Assembly (NCBI GenBank): GCA_050331735.1
Contig: JBHJGN010000029.1
Coordinates: forward strand, 168,338-232,337
DNA length: 64,000 nucleotides
Direction of reading: 5' to 3'
DNA from: Cyanophyceae cyanobacterium
GTDB lineage: Bacteria > Cyanobacteriota > Cyanobacteriia > Cyanobacteriales > JBHJGN01
The notes below the pieces were generated by a model. That model was not told the DNA's origin. It saw only the letters and a list, made by a program, of their open reading frames with translations, and ran no database searches. Below, in pieces: positions 11,456-20,647 of the stretch (position 1 is its first letter; each line of letters starts with the position of its first letter). The translations under genes were made by a program, and so were the position numbers.

Positions 11456-12448
11456 TCACTTAAGTCCTAACTTCCGGGCTACCTTAGCGATCATACTAGG
11501 AGGCTGGTTATACGGCTGGGGCTTGGTGGTAAACTGCGGTCTGTTTTCGGGGTCGTGAAGATAGCGATAGTGAAGAAATAAATCTCGATAGGGAAAATCA
11601 ACATTTTCTCCAGCACAGGCTCGAGCAAATAATCTTGAAGACAAGCCGATATAGTGAATGTAGGTTAAGCGGTTGTCCTGATCGTAGAGAACGTTGTTCT
11701 TGGTTTGAAAGTGACTAGAAGTTACGCAGCAGCCTGTTGTGTCTGCTGGCGGTAACTGCAAAGCAAAGTTGTAAATCGAGGATTGAGTCCTCATCATCAT
11801 ATAGTTAATTAAAGTTTGGTCGGGAGCCATCGGATAAAGAATTTCAGCCTCACCTGAACCTAGCTGTGCAATCAACCACTCTCTTTTTTCTTCTGGAAAT
11901 AAATTCTGTTGAGAAGCGTAAAACCCAGAACAAAAGATCTGGGTGTCAATTTGCGGCTGCGGAAAAATTGCCGTCAGCCGAGGAGCAGAAAGCTCGTATA
12001 CGTGGCTTGGATCTTTGTACTGGAAGTCGTAAACCACACAGTCATGGTGCTGTAGTTGAGCAAACACTGATTCTACTGGTCCCATCAGCAAAGTATCAGC
12101 ATCCATGTAGAGAAACTGCTGAAAAGGACCGTCAAAAGCGCAGTAGCGTCTGTGAGTACCAAAGCGATGGTAGCCGGCGCTTCCAGCTTGTTGCCACCGC
12201 TGGCGAGCCGTCGGATGAGTATCCCAGGCTGCCTGAGCAAAACGATCCCATCGCTGTAGTGACTCTCGCTCGTCGTAGAGCTGCACTTGAGGACGATGAG
12301 CAATGGCAGCAGCAATTCGTTCAGTGCGCTCGTCGTAAGGATAGATACAGACGGGAGTTTCTCGTCCGAGGATGTCTTCGATGCTGTTCAGCAGAGCAAT
12401 GAGCTGGTCGTACACCCGATCGTTCGCTAGAGTACAGATTCCGTTCAT
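11456..12448 (-). CDS. GT-A fold (GT8-like) glycosyltransferase, cyanobacterial Npun_R2821/R2822-like family
   Basis: GICTLAND..IALLNSI, FLYMDAD (DxD), FCSGF, DQTLINY, YIHYIG. Confidence 0.75.
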   Translation of the reverse strand: MNGICTLANDRVYDQLIALLNSIEDILGRETPVCIYPYDERTERIAAAIAHRPQVQLYDERESLQRWDRFAQAAWDTHPTARQRWQQAGSAGYHRFGTHRRYCAFDGPFQQFLYMDADTLLMGPVESVFAQLQHHDCVVYDFQYKDPSHVYELSAPRLTAIFPQPQIDTQIFCSGFYASQQNLFPEEKREWLIAQLGSGEAEILYPMAPDQTLINYMMMRTQSSIYNFALQLPPADTTGCCVTSSHFQTKNNVLYDQDNRLTYIHYIGLSSRLFARACAGENVDFPYRDLFLHYRYLHDPENRPQFTTKPQPYNQPPSMIAKVARKLGLK

Positions 12449-12490
12449 GGCTAATTAAGACCTTCAATGGTGAGGCGACGGTATTGTTTT

Positions 12491-13444
12491 CTATGAGAAC
12501 TGGCTGACGTAGTTGGAAAGCCACTCTAAGAGATTGAGCTTGTGCAGAATGACCTGTCTGGCTTCAGCGATCGCCTCTTTGGCTTCGTACCAAGCATCGG
12601 GAGTCGCCGTCACCTCTTTGATATGAGCAATGCCCTTTTCGTCCATACTGGGTAATCTTAAAAAGCTGCCGGGAGGCAGTAACCGATCGGCTGCCGTCCC
12701 CCCATAGTAAATTGGCAAACACCAGGCCAACAGAGCATCCCATAGTTTTTCGCTCACGTACCATTCGTTGTCAGCATAGTTTTCAACGGCAAGATTATAG
12801 TAATAGGGGGCCATGGCGTACCACTTGTTATCTACAGATCCCAGACTCCTTGACCAGTCTGGCAGCCGTCGTCCGTACAGATCAAATTCAACGCTGCTTT
12901 CCTGAAGCTGCTTAAGAAAAGCTAAGCGCTGACGATGATTCTGAGTGCGGTCAATGCCGGACGTAATCCACGAGCACGCTCTCGTTTTTTCGGGTGGCCC
13001 CATTTCGTTTAGTTCGCGAAAAGAATTGGCGTGATACCAAATAGCGGGCATGTAGTCAGGAACGGGAGCAAAGCGATCGGGACCAGAAACATAGCCACAG
13101 TATTTGCTAGCCGCCGCATAATTCTTCTGATTTTGAGTGACGATCTTCTCGAGTGGGGGTTCGCGCATCAAGAAAATCATGTTCTCTTTAGGAACACCGC
13201 GAAACTGAACTGTCGGGTCGTCTAACGTTTGTTTATGCCAGCGCTTCCACCAAGGACTTTGAGTCTGGTGCAGACGATGGCAGCTAAACTGATACAGGAG
13301 CAGAAAATCTGGCGAGGATGCCGTTGCCAGCATTTGCACTTTTCCCCAAACACCAAAAGGCTGTGGCGTTTGCTTCCACAGCCAATCCCTTTGGGAGTTG
13401 AGACTTTTATAGCTGGTGATCATCCCGACGATTTTTGGATTCAT
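12491..13444 (-). CDS. Glycosyltransferase family 10 (alpha-1,3-fucosyltransferase-like)
   Basis: GT10 signature YYYNLAVENY..EWYVSEKLWDALLAWCLPIYYG. Confidence 0.82.
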   Translation of the reverse strand: MNPKIVGMITSYKSLNSQRDWLWKQTPQPFGVWGKVQMLATASSPDFLLLYQFSCHRLHQTQSPWWKRWHKQTLDDPTVQFRGVPKENMIFLMREPPLEKIVTQNQKNYAAASKYCGYVSGPDRFAPVPDYMPAIWYHANSFRELNEMGPPEKTRACSWITSGIDRTQNHRQRLAFLKQLQESSVEFDLYGRRLPDWSRSLGSVDNKWYAMAPYYYNLAVENYADNEWYVSEKLWDALLAWCLPIYYGGTAADRLLPPGSFLRLPSMDEKGIAHIKEVTATPDAWYEAKEAIAEARQVILHKLNLLEWLSNYVSQFS

Positions 13445-13840
13445 TTCCGGCAGGCTAGTTAGGGACAGACGAGATCAATTATGCCCCAGTCTTTCTCGAA
13501 CGACATCATAAACCGCGCAAAAACCTAGCTCGTGACCCAGCTTAGCTCAATTTGGGAAAAGGGTAAGGGGGAAAGGGTCAGAACTTTTCGCTGCCTTAAC
13601 AAGACTCTGTACTGAATGCCAGCACAAGTATTAAGTACGCCTCGTTAGGCTACGAGGGGGTTGCCGACAGCAAAGCTGTCAGAGCCAAAAATAAAACTCG
13701 CCCCAGAAACTCTCGACTTTAGAGAGTAGAAGCGAGTTAACAATCGGGAAAGTCTTCAGCAGAGAACAATTGACGAGAAAAGACGATTAACGCTCTCCCT
13801 TTTCCCCTGACCCTTTTCCCTTTCCCCGTCTCAGAGCGGC

Positions 13841-15061
13841 TTAAGGCGCTAAAGCGTGACCGCGCAGCAGGCTACCAACCGTTTTAGCGGTAATTTTTAA
13901 CTGGACTAAAGGATTAGCGGGAACAACGGTTTTATAGAGATAGCTGTCAAAGGTCATTTTTTGTACATCTCTGTCTGCACACATTTCTACAAACGCCTCG
14001 CGGGTCGCATCCGAGCGATAGAAGACGCTTTGGAGAATGTCTAAGACCTTGTAGGTCATACCGTATTTCTTATCCCACCGCTTTAGGTACAGCTTAAGAT
14101 CGGTTTCGGTAGGAATGCGAGTGCCACCATTAGAGGTTTCCACAATGGTTTCAGCACACATCCGAGCCGATTTAGCGGCAAAATAAATGCCTTCTCCAGA
14201 AGACTTAGTGACGGTTCCGGCGGCATCACCTACAAGCGCGACGCGACCAGCGACGCGGCGAGGACGGGGATGTTCAGGAATGGGATGAGCCTCAACTTTA
14301 ATAATTTGCCCTCCCTCTAGGCGACGGGCAGCACGAGCGCGGATTCCGGCTTGCAGGTGCTTGATCTGGGTTTTATTGATCTTCATGGTGCCAGTGCCCA
14401 CGGCAACGTGGTCGTATTTGGGAAACACCCAGGCGTAGAAGTCGGGGGAGACATCGTTGCCCACGTACATCTCTGCCCGATCTTCGTAGTACTGCATTAG
14501 AGGTTCCGGGAGGCGAATCCGTTCCTGGAAGGCGATCGCGTAGTTGTAGTCTCCCGCGTCAATTGCCTTGGCAATGCGGGAATTCGCGCCATCAGCGCCA
14601 ATTACCACGTCAACTTTAAGAGTCTTCATGACCCCTTTGCCATCGCCGTTGGAGTGGTCGGTGTAGTGCAGCGTGTAGGGTTCTGTTTGGGTTTTAGGAA
14701 TATCTAATTGGTAAACGGTGCCGTTGATAAGCTGAGCCCCTAGCTTGGCAGCGCGATCGCGCATAAAGCCATCGAGGATCTCACGGCGGCACATTCCGAT
14801 ATATTCGTTTTCGTTATCTAAATTAATATCAACTTCAACGTTGGAAGGCGAGATCATCTTCATCTTGCGAACTCGCCGATCCACGATTTCTGGCGGCAGA
14901 TCAAATTCACTGACCATGCATAGGGGAATAGCTCCACCGCAGGGCTTAGCATTGTCGAGCTTGCGCTCAAACAAATACGTTTCAATTCCGGATTTGGCTA
15001 GCGTTTCAGCGGCGGAGGAACCCGCCGGTCCTGAACCAACAACAGCAACCCTTATTCCCAA
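13841..15061 (-). CDS. chlP: Geranylgeranyl reductase
   Basis: RVAVVGSGPAG, AKPCGGAIPLCMV, VGDAAG..KSSGEGIYFAAKS; likely TTG start at 15061 after AGGAG RBS. Confidence 0.97.
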   Translation of the reverse strand: MGIRVAVVGSGPAGSSAAETLAKSGIETYLFERKLDNAKPCGGAIPLCMVSEFDLPPEIVDRRVRKMKMISPSNVEVDINLDNENEYIGMCRREILDGFMRDRAAKLGAQLINGTVYQLDIPKTQTEPYTLHYTDHSNGDGKGVMKTLKVDVVIGADGANSRIAKAIDAGDYNYAIAFQERIRLPEPLMQYYEDRAEMYVGNDVSPDFYAWVFPKYDHVAVGTGTMKINKTQIKHLQAGIRARAARRLEGGQIIKVEAHPIPEHPRPRRVAGRVALVGDAAGTVTKSSGEGIYFAAKSARMCAETIVETSNGGTRIPTETDLKLYLKRWDKKYGMTYKVLDILQSVFYRSDATREAFVEMCADRDVQKMTFDSYLYKTVVPANPLVQLKITAKTVGSLLRGHALAP

Positions 15062-15236
15062 GGCTTTTCTCCTATCTTTATCCACGAGCTACGCAGAGCA
15101 TCGTATCACGCTCTTCTGACGCAATCGGCTCTAGACAGGGGAAGATGCCCAAAGTTGAAATAGAGTTTAACAAACTAGTCAATAAAGCTTAACAGTGAGC
15201 AGTTACCAAATTAAGCCGCTGGTCACTGCTCACTGA

Positions 15237-15566
15237 CTAGACTGGCGGGAGTCCCTTCATCTGGCGAATAGCGTTCACGCAGGCGATACAGTCGCAGCCG
15301 AAGAGGGCGATCGCTGCATCACTTTCTGCTTCACTAAACTCCAGCATCGGAGCGTCTTCTGAAAAGTGACGGGGCGCTTGTAGCGAGTTTGGCTGCGATC
15401 GCGTACAGGTTAAGTTACCCATGCCAGTCGAACTGCATGCTGAAGTCGGGGCTTCAAACGTTAATTCTTGCGAATGAGCGGGCGCTGTAACGAGGGTAGA
15501 AATAATCGGTGCTAAAAATACGGGGAAAGTCAGCAGGTTGAGGAAAATTTTGTTGGTACGTATCAT
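15237..15566 (-). CDS. Small secreted hypothetical protein with C-terminal CxCxxC motif
   Basis: Hydrophobic signal-like N-terminus ending APAHS/Q; C-terminal ESDAAIALFGCDCIACVNAIRQM. Confidence 0.7.
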   Translation of the reverse strand: MIRTNKIFLNLLTFPVFLAPIISTLVTAPAHSQELTFEAPTSACSSTGMGNLTCTRSQPNSLQAPRHFSEDAPMLEFSEAESDAAIALFGCDCIACVNAIRQMKGLPPV

Positions 15567-15614
15567 AAGCGATCGTCCTTAATACAGGGCAGCATTGCGC
15601 AGCAGCATAGCGGC

Positions 15615-15636
15615 ATTTGAATATTAGCATTCAAAT
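15615..15636. promoter_or_regulatory. Inverted repeat, candidate transcription-factor site
   Basis: ATTTGAAT-N6-ATTCAAAT perfect 8-bp arms, about 50 bp upstream of the 15566 start. Confidence 0.4.
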
Positions 15637-15943
15637 TAGCGACCTTAACTGAGCTGCTCGACACGATTATACTGATCAGAGCACAAATGCGTAATCCTTT
15701 GCCATTTTTTTCTTGGATATGGATGAGAAAATTCTGACGGTGGAATTTCTTGATAGTTTAAGGAGAGAATTCACCAAATTTTATAACTAGTCAAGCTAGA
15801 CAACCTGAGTCGGGGTAAGAATAGCGGTGGTTAAAACCACTGCTACACAAACAAAACCTGCTGGCGCAGATCTCTTAAATCGGCATGAAAATTCGGATTG
15901 AGTAGATTGCATTTGGAGTAGGGAAGATTCAGATACAGAAGCG

Positions 15944-16273
15944 ATGCTAAATACCACGCCTTTAACAGTTGATTTCACCAAAGAAGAGTCAGTTTTATAG
16001 AGCTTGCCAAAATCACCACAATCAAGTCAGCCAGTGGCATGGAACACAGTTTACTTTGGGCATCACCGTCAGCCTAGTCATGAAACACCTTAATACTCTT
16101 CTCCCCAACACTCTCTTAGCATTGATCTTGGACGCGCGACCGCGGTAGAAAGATGGTGAGGAAGTGGATGCTTTAAGAGGAAAACTGTCAGACACGTAGA
16201 CACCACAATTTATGCGGCCAATGTTCCTCAAAAGCAACGCTGGGATAGAGAAGGTGAATTCATTTTAGAATAG
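15944..16273 (+). pseudogene. Remnant of a cyanobacterial AraC-family regulator (N-terminal domain only)
   Basis: Reads MLNTTPLTVDFTKEESVL*SLPKSPQSSQPVAWNTVYFGHHRQPSHETP*YSSPQHSLSIDLG..ERW*..TIYAAN..QRWDREGEFIL; in-frame stops at 15998, 16091, 16157; no HTH follows. Confidence 0.7.
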
Positions 16274-16936
16274 CTAGGCAAGCAAATCTTGGATAATCTG
16301 CCGACGTTTCTCCTGGCGATTTTGGCTCTGAACTTTGACCCTTGCTACCACTTCAGCCGGAGCGGTGTGAGGAGAACCAGACTGGAATGGGGGAGCCGGA
16401 TTGTATTCCATCGCTAGCTGAATTTCTTGGGCGATCGCTTCGTCAAATAATTCGGCAGCGATCGCTAAACCAAAGTCAATCCCTGCCGTCACTCCCCCAC
16501 CTGTAATTCGGTTGCGGTCAATTACAACTCGTTCTGCTACGGTCTCTACCCCAAACATCTCTAGGAGTTCAAGCGACTGCCAGTGGGTGGTGGCGCGATA
16601 CCCTTGCAGCAATCCTGCTGCTGCCAGTAATAGTGAACCGGTGCAGACCGAGGTCACGTATTGGGCTTGGTCACCGAGAGTTTTTAAACACCGCAGGAAT
16701 GAGCGATCTTCTAGCTTGAGATTGACTCCCCCTCCTCCTGGAACAAACAGCACATTTAGAGCTAGATTTTGGGCCAGCGTCGCGTTGGGGAAAAAAGCCA
16801 TGTTCCCGCTCTGAACTGGTTCGAGAGTTTCTGCCAATAGGTAGAGCCGTGTATCGGGTAACCGGGTAAAAACTTCGTAGGGACTCGTCAGATCTAACTG
16901 CGTGAGGTTGGGAAACACAACCATGCCAATCTTCAT
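16274..16936 (-). CDS. DJ-1/PfpI family protein (isonitrile hydratase InhA-like)
   Basis: TQLDLTSPYEVF, VPGG, SVCTGSLLL (catalytic Cys), ATTHW, GGVTAGID, EYNPAPPF. Confidence 0.88.
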   Translation of the reverse strand: MKIGMVVFPNLTQLDLTSPYEVFTRLPDTRLYLLAETLEPVQSGNMAFFPNATLAQNLALNVLFVPGGGGVNLKLEDRSFLRCLKTLGDQAQYVTSVCTGSLLLAAAGLLQGYRATTHWQSLELLEMFGVETVAERVVIDRNRITGGGVTAGIDFGLAIAAELFDEAIAQEIQLAMEYNPAPPFQSGSPHTAPAEVVARVKVQSQNRQEKRRQIIQDLLA

Positions 16937-16942
16937 GCTGCT

Positions 16943-17422
16943 CTAAGCGGCTCTCCGCTTTGTAAAACCGTGTCTTTGGGGAACTCCTTGAGAAATAATC
17001 TGATGCAGGAGCGGAATTTTGGCACTATTATAGACCCGAAACTCGCTCTCGACGGTAGCTGCTGCGGTACGCACTGCCTGGTTAATCACGAGGGAACCAT
17101 CGGGATCGGAGACGGAGCGATGAAAAGTACCGGGAGGAATCCGCAGTATATCGCTGTTAGCTTCTAAGCGCACAACGTGATAGGGATATTCCCACGAAAG
17201 ATTAACTAGATAAAAGGTTCTACCTCCTGAAAGCGCCAGCAGGTTATCTTCCTGACGAGGGTGGAGATAAAACTGCCAGTTGCCGCTTGCGCTATTGTAA
17301 GGACTAACTGCCGGACCATCGTGAAAGACCAGATCGCGGGCATTAGAATGGGGAATTGTAATGTCAAAAAAGCGAACGTTCGGGGTATCTCGGAATTTGT
17401 GATAGGTAAGTAATTCAAACAC
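16943..17422 (-). CDS. Cupin-fold (RmlC-like) protein
   Basis: FYLHPRQEDNL and LRIPPGTFHRS cupin metal-binding motifs; GTG start. Confidence 0.75.
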   Translation of the reverse strand: MFELLTYHKFRDTPNVRFFDITIPHSNARDLVFHDGPAVSPYNSASGNWQFYLHPRQEDNLLALSGGRTFYLVNLSWEYPYHVVRLEANSDILRIPPGTFHRSVSDPDGSLVINQAVRTAAATVESEFRVYNSAKIPLLHQIISQGVPQRHGFTKRRAA

Positions 17423-17503
17423 AGCTCTTCACACCAAGGTCTAGGGTTCTTTTCTGTAGCCTAGCCTTTACATTTTTTAACGTCAAAACTGATCGAGAAT
17501 CTT

Positions 17504-17526
17504 ATCTATGCACAAAGCGGATAGAT
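17504..17526. promoter_or_regulatory. LysR-type T-N11-A recognition box
   Basis: ATCTAT-GCACAAAGCGG-ATAGAT: perfect 6-bp dyad with T17509-N11-A17521, between the divergent LysR and cupin genes. Confidence 0.7.
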
Positions 17527-17544
17527 CAACCTTGCTAAGGACAG

Positions 17545-18420
17545 ATGAACCTTTATCAGCTCAAGATTTTGCTAGTTGTTGCCGAGACAGGGAATTTTTC
17601 CGTAGCGGCGCTCAAGCTCAACGTATCTCAATCCTCAGTGAGTCGAGCGATCGCCTCTTTAGAAGAAGAACTGGGAGTGCCGCTGTTTTCGCGAGGACGG
17701 TTTGGGGCTCGTCTGACGCTGGTGGGCGAGAAAATTGTCGTTCACGCTCGTCGCATTTTAGAGATTCGAGAAAGCATCGAGCAAGAGGTAAATCTCGAAA
17801 AAGGTTTACACCGAGGACGGGTCCGAGTGGCTTCGTTTCGCAGTGCCGCCACTCACTTACTGCCGCCGACGATCGCGCGCTTTAGTCGGCAGTTTCCTAA
17901 CGTTGAAGTGACTCTCACAGAGCGAGATCCACTCGGAGTCGAGCAGGCTTTGCGAGACGGAGAAGCCGACATTGGTTTGCTGCCGTTACCTCGTTCGGAA
18001 GAATTTGACACGTGGGAAATTGCCAGAGACGAGTATGTTGTGCTGTTGCCTCCAACGGCGGGGATCGTTTCCCCTTTGACTTGGAAGCAGCTCTCTTCCT
18101 ACTCGTTTATTTTGTTTAACTACGCAGAATGTACCTCAGCGGTGCGGGAACACTGGGCTAGTTGGGGACAAAGCTTAGAAGTTGCCCACGCCATTAAAGA
18201 AGATTCCACGATTGTCAGTATGGTGGCTCAAGGGCTAGGCGCAGCCATTCTTCCTCGTTTAGCCGCACTACCGATTCCTGAAAGCATTCAGGTTGAGTCT
18301 TTACCCGTTCCCCTAGAAAGAGTCATCGGTGCGGCTATTCTAGCTAATTCCCTGCAAACAACCGCTACCTTTGCTTTTCTAGATGTTTTAAGAGGCACAG
18401 GGGTGTTTGCGGACAAATAA
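17545..18420 (+). CDS. LysR family transcriptional regulator
   Basis: N-terminal wHTH GNFSVAALKLNVSQSSVSRAIASLEEELGVPLFSR; substrate-binding domain. Confidence 0.95.
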   Translation: MNLYQLKILLVVAETGNFSVAALKLNVSQSSVSRAIASLEEELGVPLFSRGRFGARLTLVGEKIVVHARRILEIRESIEQEVNLEKGLHRGRVRVASFRSAATHLLPPTIARFSRQFPNVEVTLTERDPLGVEQALRDGEADIGLLPLPRSEEFDTWEIARDEYVVLLPPTAGIVSPLTWKQLSSYSFILFNYAECTSAVREHWASWGQSLEVAHAIKEDSTIVSMVAQGLGAAILPRLAALPIPESIQVESLPVPLERVIGAAILANSLQTTATFAFLDVLRGTGVFADK

Positions 18421-18470
18421 TCAGTGATCGCTAATGAGGAATTCAGTCCGATTTCTGTCTCTCTACACCG

Positions 18471-18755
18471 TCACGCTGCACTTGACCAGCCCTGCACTTT
18501 CTGCCCAATTTTAAAAATAACCGAGCTTCCTAAACCTAACTGCTGAGCGACAGCAAGAAGCGTTGCTATCTGTTTCTGAGTGGTTGCTATTGAGTGAGGG
18601 CAAGCTTCAAAATTGAGACACAGGACAGTAGAGCAGCCCCACGGTTCCCGAAACACTCGACAAGCCTGGGGAAGACAGTTTGTTAAAGAGCGAAATCGGT
18701 TCATGGCTGCTTTTTCAAAGTCTGTGCTTGTACTCTTTAATGATTGATTCGCCAT
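18471..18755 (-). CDS. Hypothetical protein
   Basis: 94-aa ATG ORF preceded by GGAG RBS; fills the intergenic space. Confidence 0.65.
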   Translation of the reverse strand: MANQSLKSTSTDFEKAAMNRFRSLTNCLPQACRVFREPWGCSTVLCLNFEACPHSIATTQKQIATLLAVAQQLGLGSSVIFKIGQKVQGWSSAA

Positions 18756-18874
18756 AATTTTTCTCCGCTAGTCAGCAACGCTTCGCTTGAACTCTTTCAT
18801 CTGTAACACAGCAGCGTAGAACAATTTGTACTTTACGCTGCTATTTTAGCCTACCCGCCAGCACCCTCATGGGC

Positions 18875-19507
18875 TTAGCGGCCTAGAGCGTACATCTGAT
18901 TAATCACATCAGCACAGTGCTGAGTGACCTTCGCTAACTCTTCCCGCTTCGTCGAGGGCGGTGGGGCGATCGCCTTGCCGATACGCACCGTCACCGAGAC
19001 CGGTCGCGGGAAGGTTCCTTGCAAAATTCCTTCGGTTCCCCACAGGCTCAACGGCACTAGCGGGACTTTGGCTTTGGCCGCAATCATCGCCGCTCCTAAT
19101 TTTGGCTCGATAATCCGTGCGTCTGACGTTCGCTGTCCAGTTAAAAATAGCCCCACGGCCCACCCTTGCTGAAGCTTGGTCATGGCGGCGCGAATGGCGC
19201 TGCGGTCTGCGGTTTGCCGCTTCACGGGATAGGCGCCGTACAGATGAATCGCTTGCCTGAGAACAGGAACGGTAAACAGTTCTGCTTTCGCCATAAAAGC
19301 CACCGGACGACGAACACAGCAGGACACAATCGGTGGATCGAAGTAGCTAGCATGATTACTCACGATCACGACTGGACCGGTTTGGGGCACATTTTCTGGT
19401 CCATGAATCCGTCCCCGAAAGTAAGCATGCAGCATGGGGCTGACCACTGACCACTTAAATAAGTGATACAAAACCAAGCTAGCGACAGGTTCTCTTTCGG
19501 CATCCAC
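18875..19507 (-). CDS. plsC: 1-acyl-sn-glycerol-3-phosphate acyltransferase
   Basis: NHASYFD (NHxxxxD), FMAKAELF; directly downstream of fabD. Confidence 0.88.
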   Translation of the reverse strand: MDAEREPVASLVLYHLFKWSVVSPMLHAYFRGRIHGPENVPQTGPVVIVSNHASYFDPPIVSCCVRRPVAFMAKAELFTVPVLRQAIHLYGAYPVKRQTADRSAIRAAMTKLQQGWAVGLFLTGQRTSDARIIEPKLGAAMIAAKAKVPLVPLSLWGTEGILQGTFPRPVSVTVRIGKAIAPPPSTKREELAKVTQHCADVINQMYALGR

Positions 19508-19587
19508 TAGAAATCGTCAGTCAAATGATTGGAAAGCGTTTAGCGCTTAGCGTTTTACTGTAGCTGATGAATGAAAAACAGCATCGC

Positions 19588-20463
19588 TTAGAGGCTAGAC
19601 AAGCTAGTAAAATCGCTGATATTCTTCAACTCTAGCTCTTTACAGGTTCTTTTAAGTAAGCCCGTGAGGACTTTACCTGGACCAACTTCAATTGCCTGGG
19701 AGACTTCCTCCTCAGAGAGCTTGAGCATAATTTCTCGCCAGCGGACTGTTCCAGTCATCTGCTGGACGAGGCGCTCTTTCAGTTCTACTCCCGACTGCGT
19801 TGGCTGAGGATCGACATTAGAGAGTACCGGAATCTTCGCATCCGCAAAGGCCACGGTCTGCAACATTGCTGCAAACTGCTGAGCCGGGGTAGCCATCCCG
19901 GCAGAATGAAAAGCACCAGAAACGTTGAGCAGCACGGCTCGCTTGGCTTTTACCTGAGTCATCGCCTTCTCCACCGCTTCAGGCGTACCGGAAATCACGA
20001 TCTGCTCAGCACTGTTATCGTTAGCAACAGCCACATCAGCCTCTGCGAGTACTTGATGAAGCTGCTCCCGATCGAATTTCATCAGTGCTGCCATCCGGCC
20101 TCCCGCCGCTGCATCCATCAATTCCGCTCTTCTCTTGACTAAATCAAGGCCCGTTTCAAACTCCAATACTCCAGCGACCGTTAAAGCGACATACTCGCCC
20201 AAGCTATGACCTGCCACTACATCAGGACAATGCCCCTGCTGCCTCAGTAAGTCAGCTAAGATGTTTTCCAGCACGTAGAGACAAGGCTGAGTATACAGCG
20301 TTCGATTTACCTGTTCTTGCTGACAGAGCTCAAGCACTGACCACCCTAAGATTGCTTCCGCTTGAGAAAATTTAGCTCGTGCTTCCGGAAGTGCGGCTAA
20401 ATCCGCTTCCATCCCCACAGACTGAGAACCTTGTCCGGGAAATACCCATGCAGTTTTAGTCAT
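19588..20463 (-). CDS. fabD: Malonyl-CoA:ACP transacylase
   Basis: MTKTAWVFPGQGSQ, GHSLGEY, VSGAFHS, EVGPGKVLTGL; true start ATG 20463. Confidence 0.96.
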   Translation of the reverse strand: MTKTAWVFPGQGSQSVGMEADLAALPEARAKFSQAEAILGWSVLELCQQEQVNRTLYTQPCLYVLENILADLLRQQGHCPDVVAGHSLGEYVALTVAGVLEFETGLDLVKRRAELMDAAAGGRMAALMKFDREQLHQVLAEADVAVANDNSAEQIVISGTPEAVEKAMTQVKAKRAVLLNVSGAFHSAGMATPAQQFAAMLQTVAFADAKIPVLSNVDPQPTQSGVELKERLVQQMTGTVRWREIMLKLSEEEVSQAIEVGPGKVLTGLLKRTCKELELKNISDFTSLSSL

Positions 20464-20487
20464 AATCGAAGTCACTCTGTAATGACA

Positions 20488-20645
20488 GCGCCACAGGCGC
20501 AGGAAAAGCCGCTGTCGCGGTGGGAAAAAGGAAAGCGCCACAGGCGCGGGGAAAGGGGGAAATCAATCAGCGGCTCTCTCAATCCTAGGGTCTTTTCCCG
20601 TCGCCAAGCGACAGTTTCCCCTTTCCCCGTCCCGCTAGGGACATC
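20488..20645. repeat. Intergenic composite repeat: GGGGAAA/TTTCCCC tracts with 13-14 nt hairpins
   Basis: Hairpins GCGCC-ACA-GGCGC (20488, 20535), GTCGC-CAA-GCGAC (20600), GTCCC-GCTA-GGGAC (20629); about 20548-20644 is an inverted copy of about 27493-27588. Confidence 0.85.
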
Positions 20646-20647
20646 AA

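Noticed and set aside
15719..15930. Second AraC-like start (MDEKILTVEFL..)
   Set aside because: Similarity is limited to a few residues before stops; too weak to call
20464..20541. N-terminal extension of fabD in the ORF track, and ORF 20431-20673
   Set aside because: They run through the intergenic repeat; the conserved FabD start is MTKTAW at 20463
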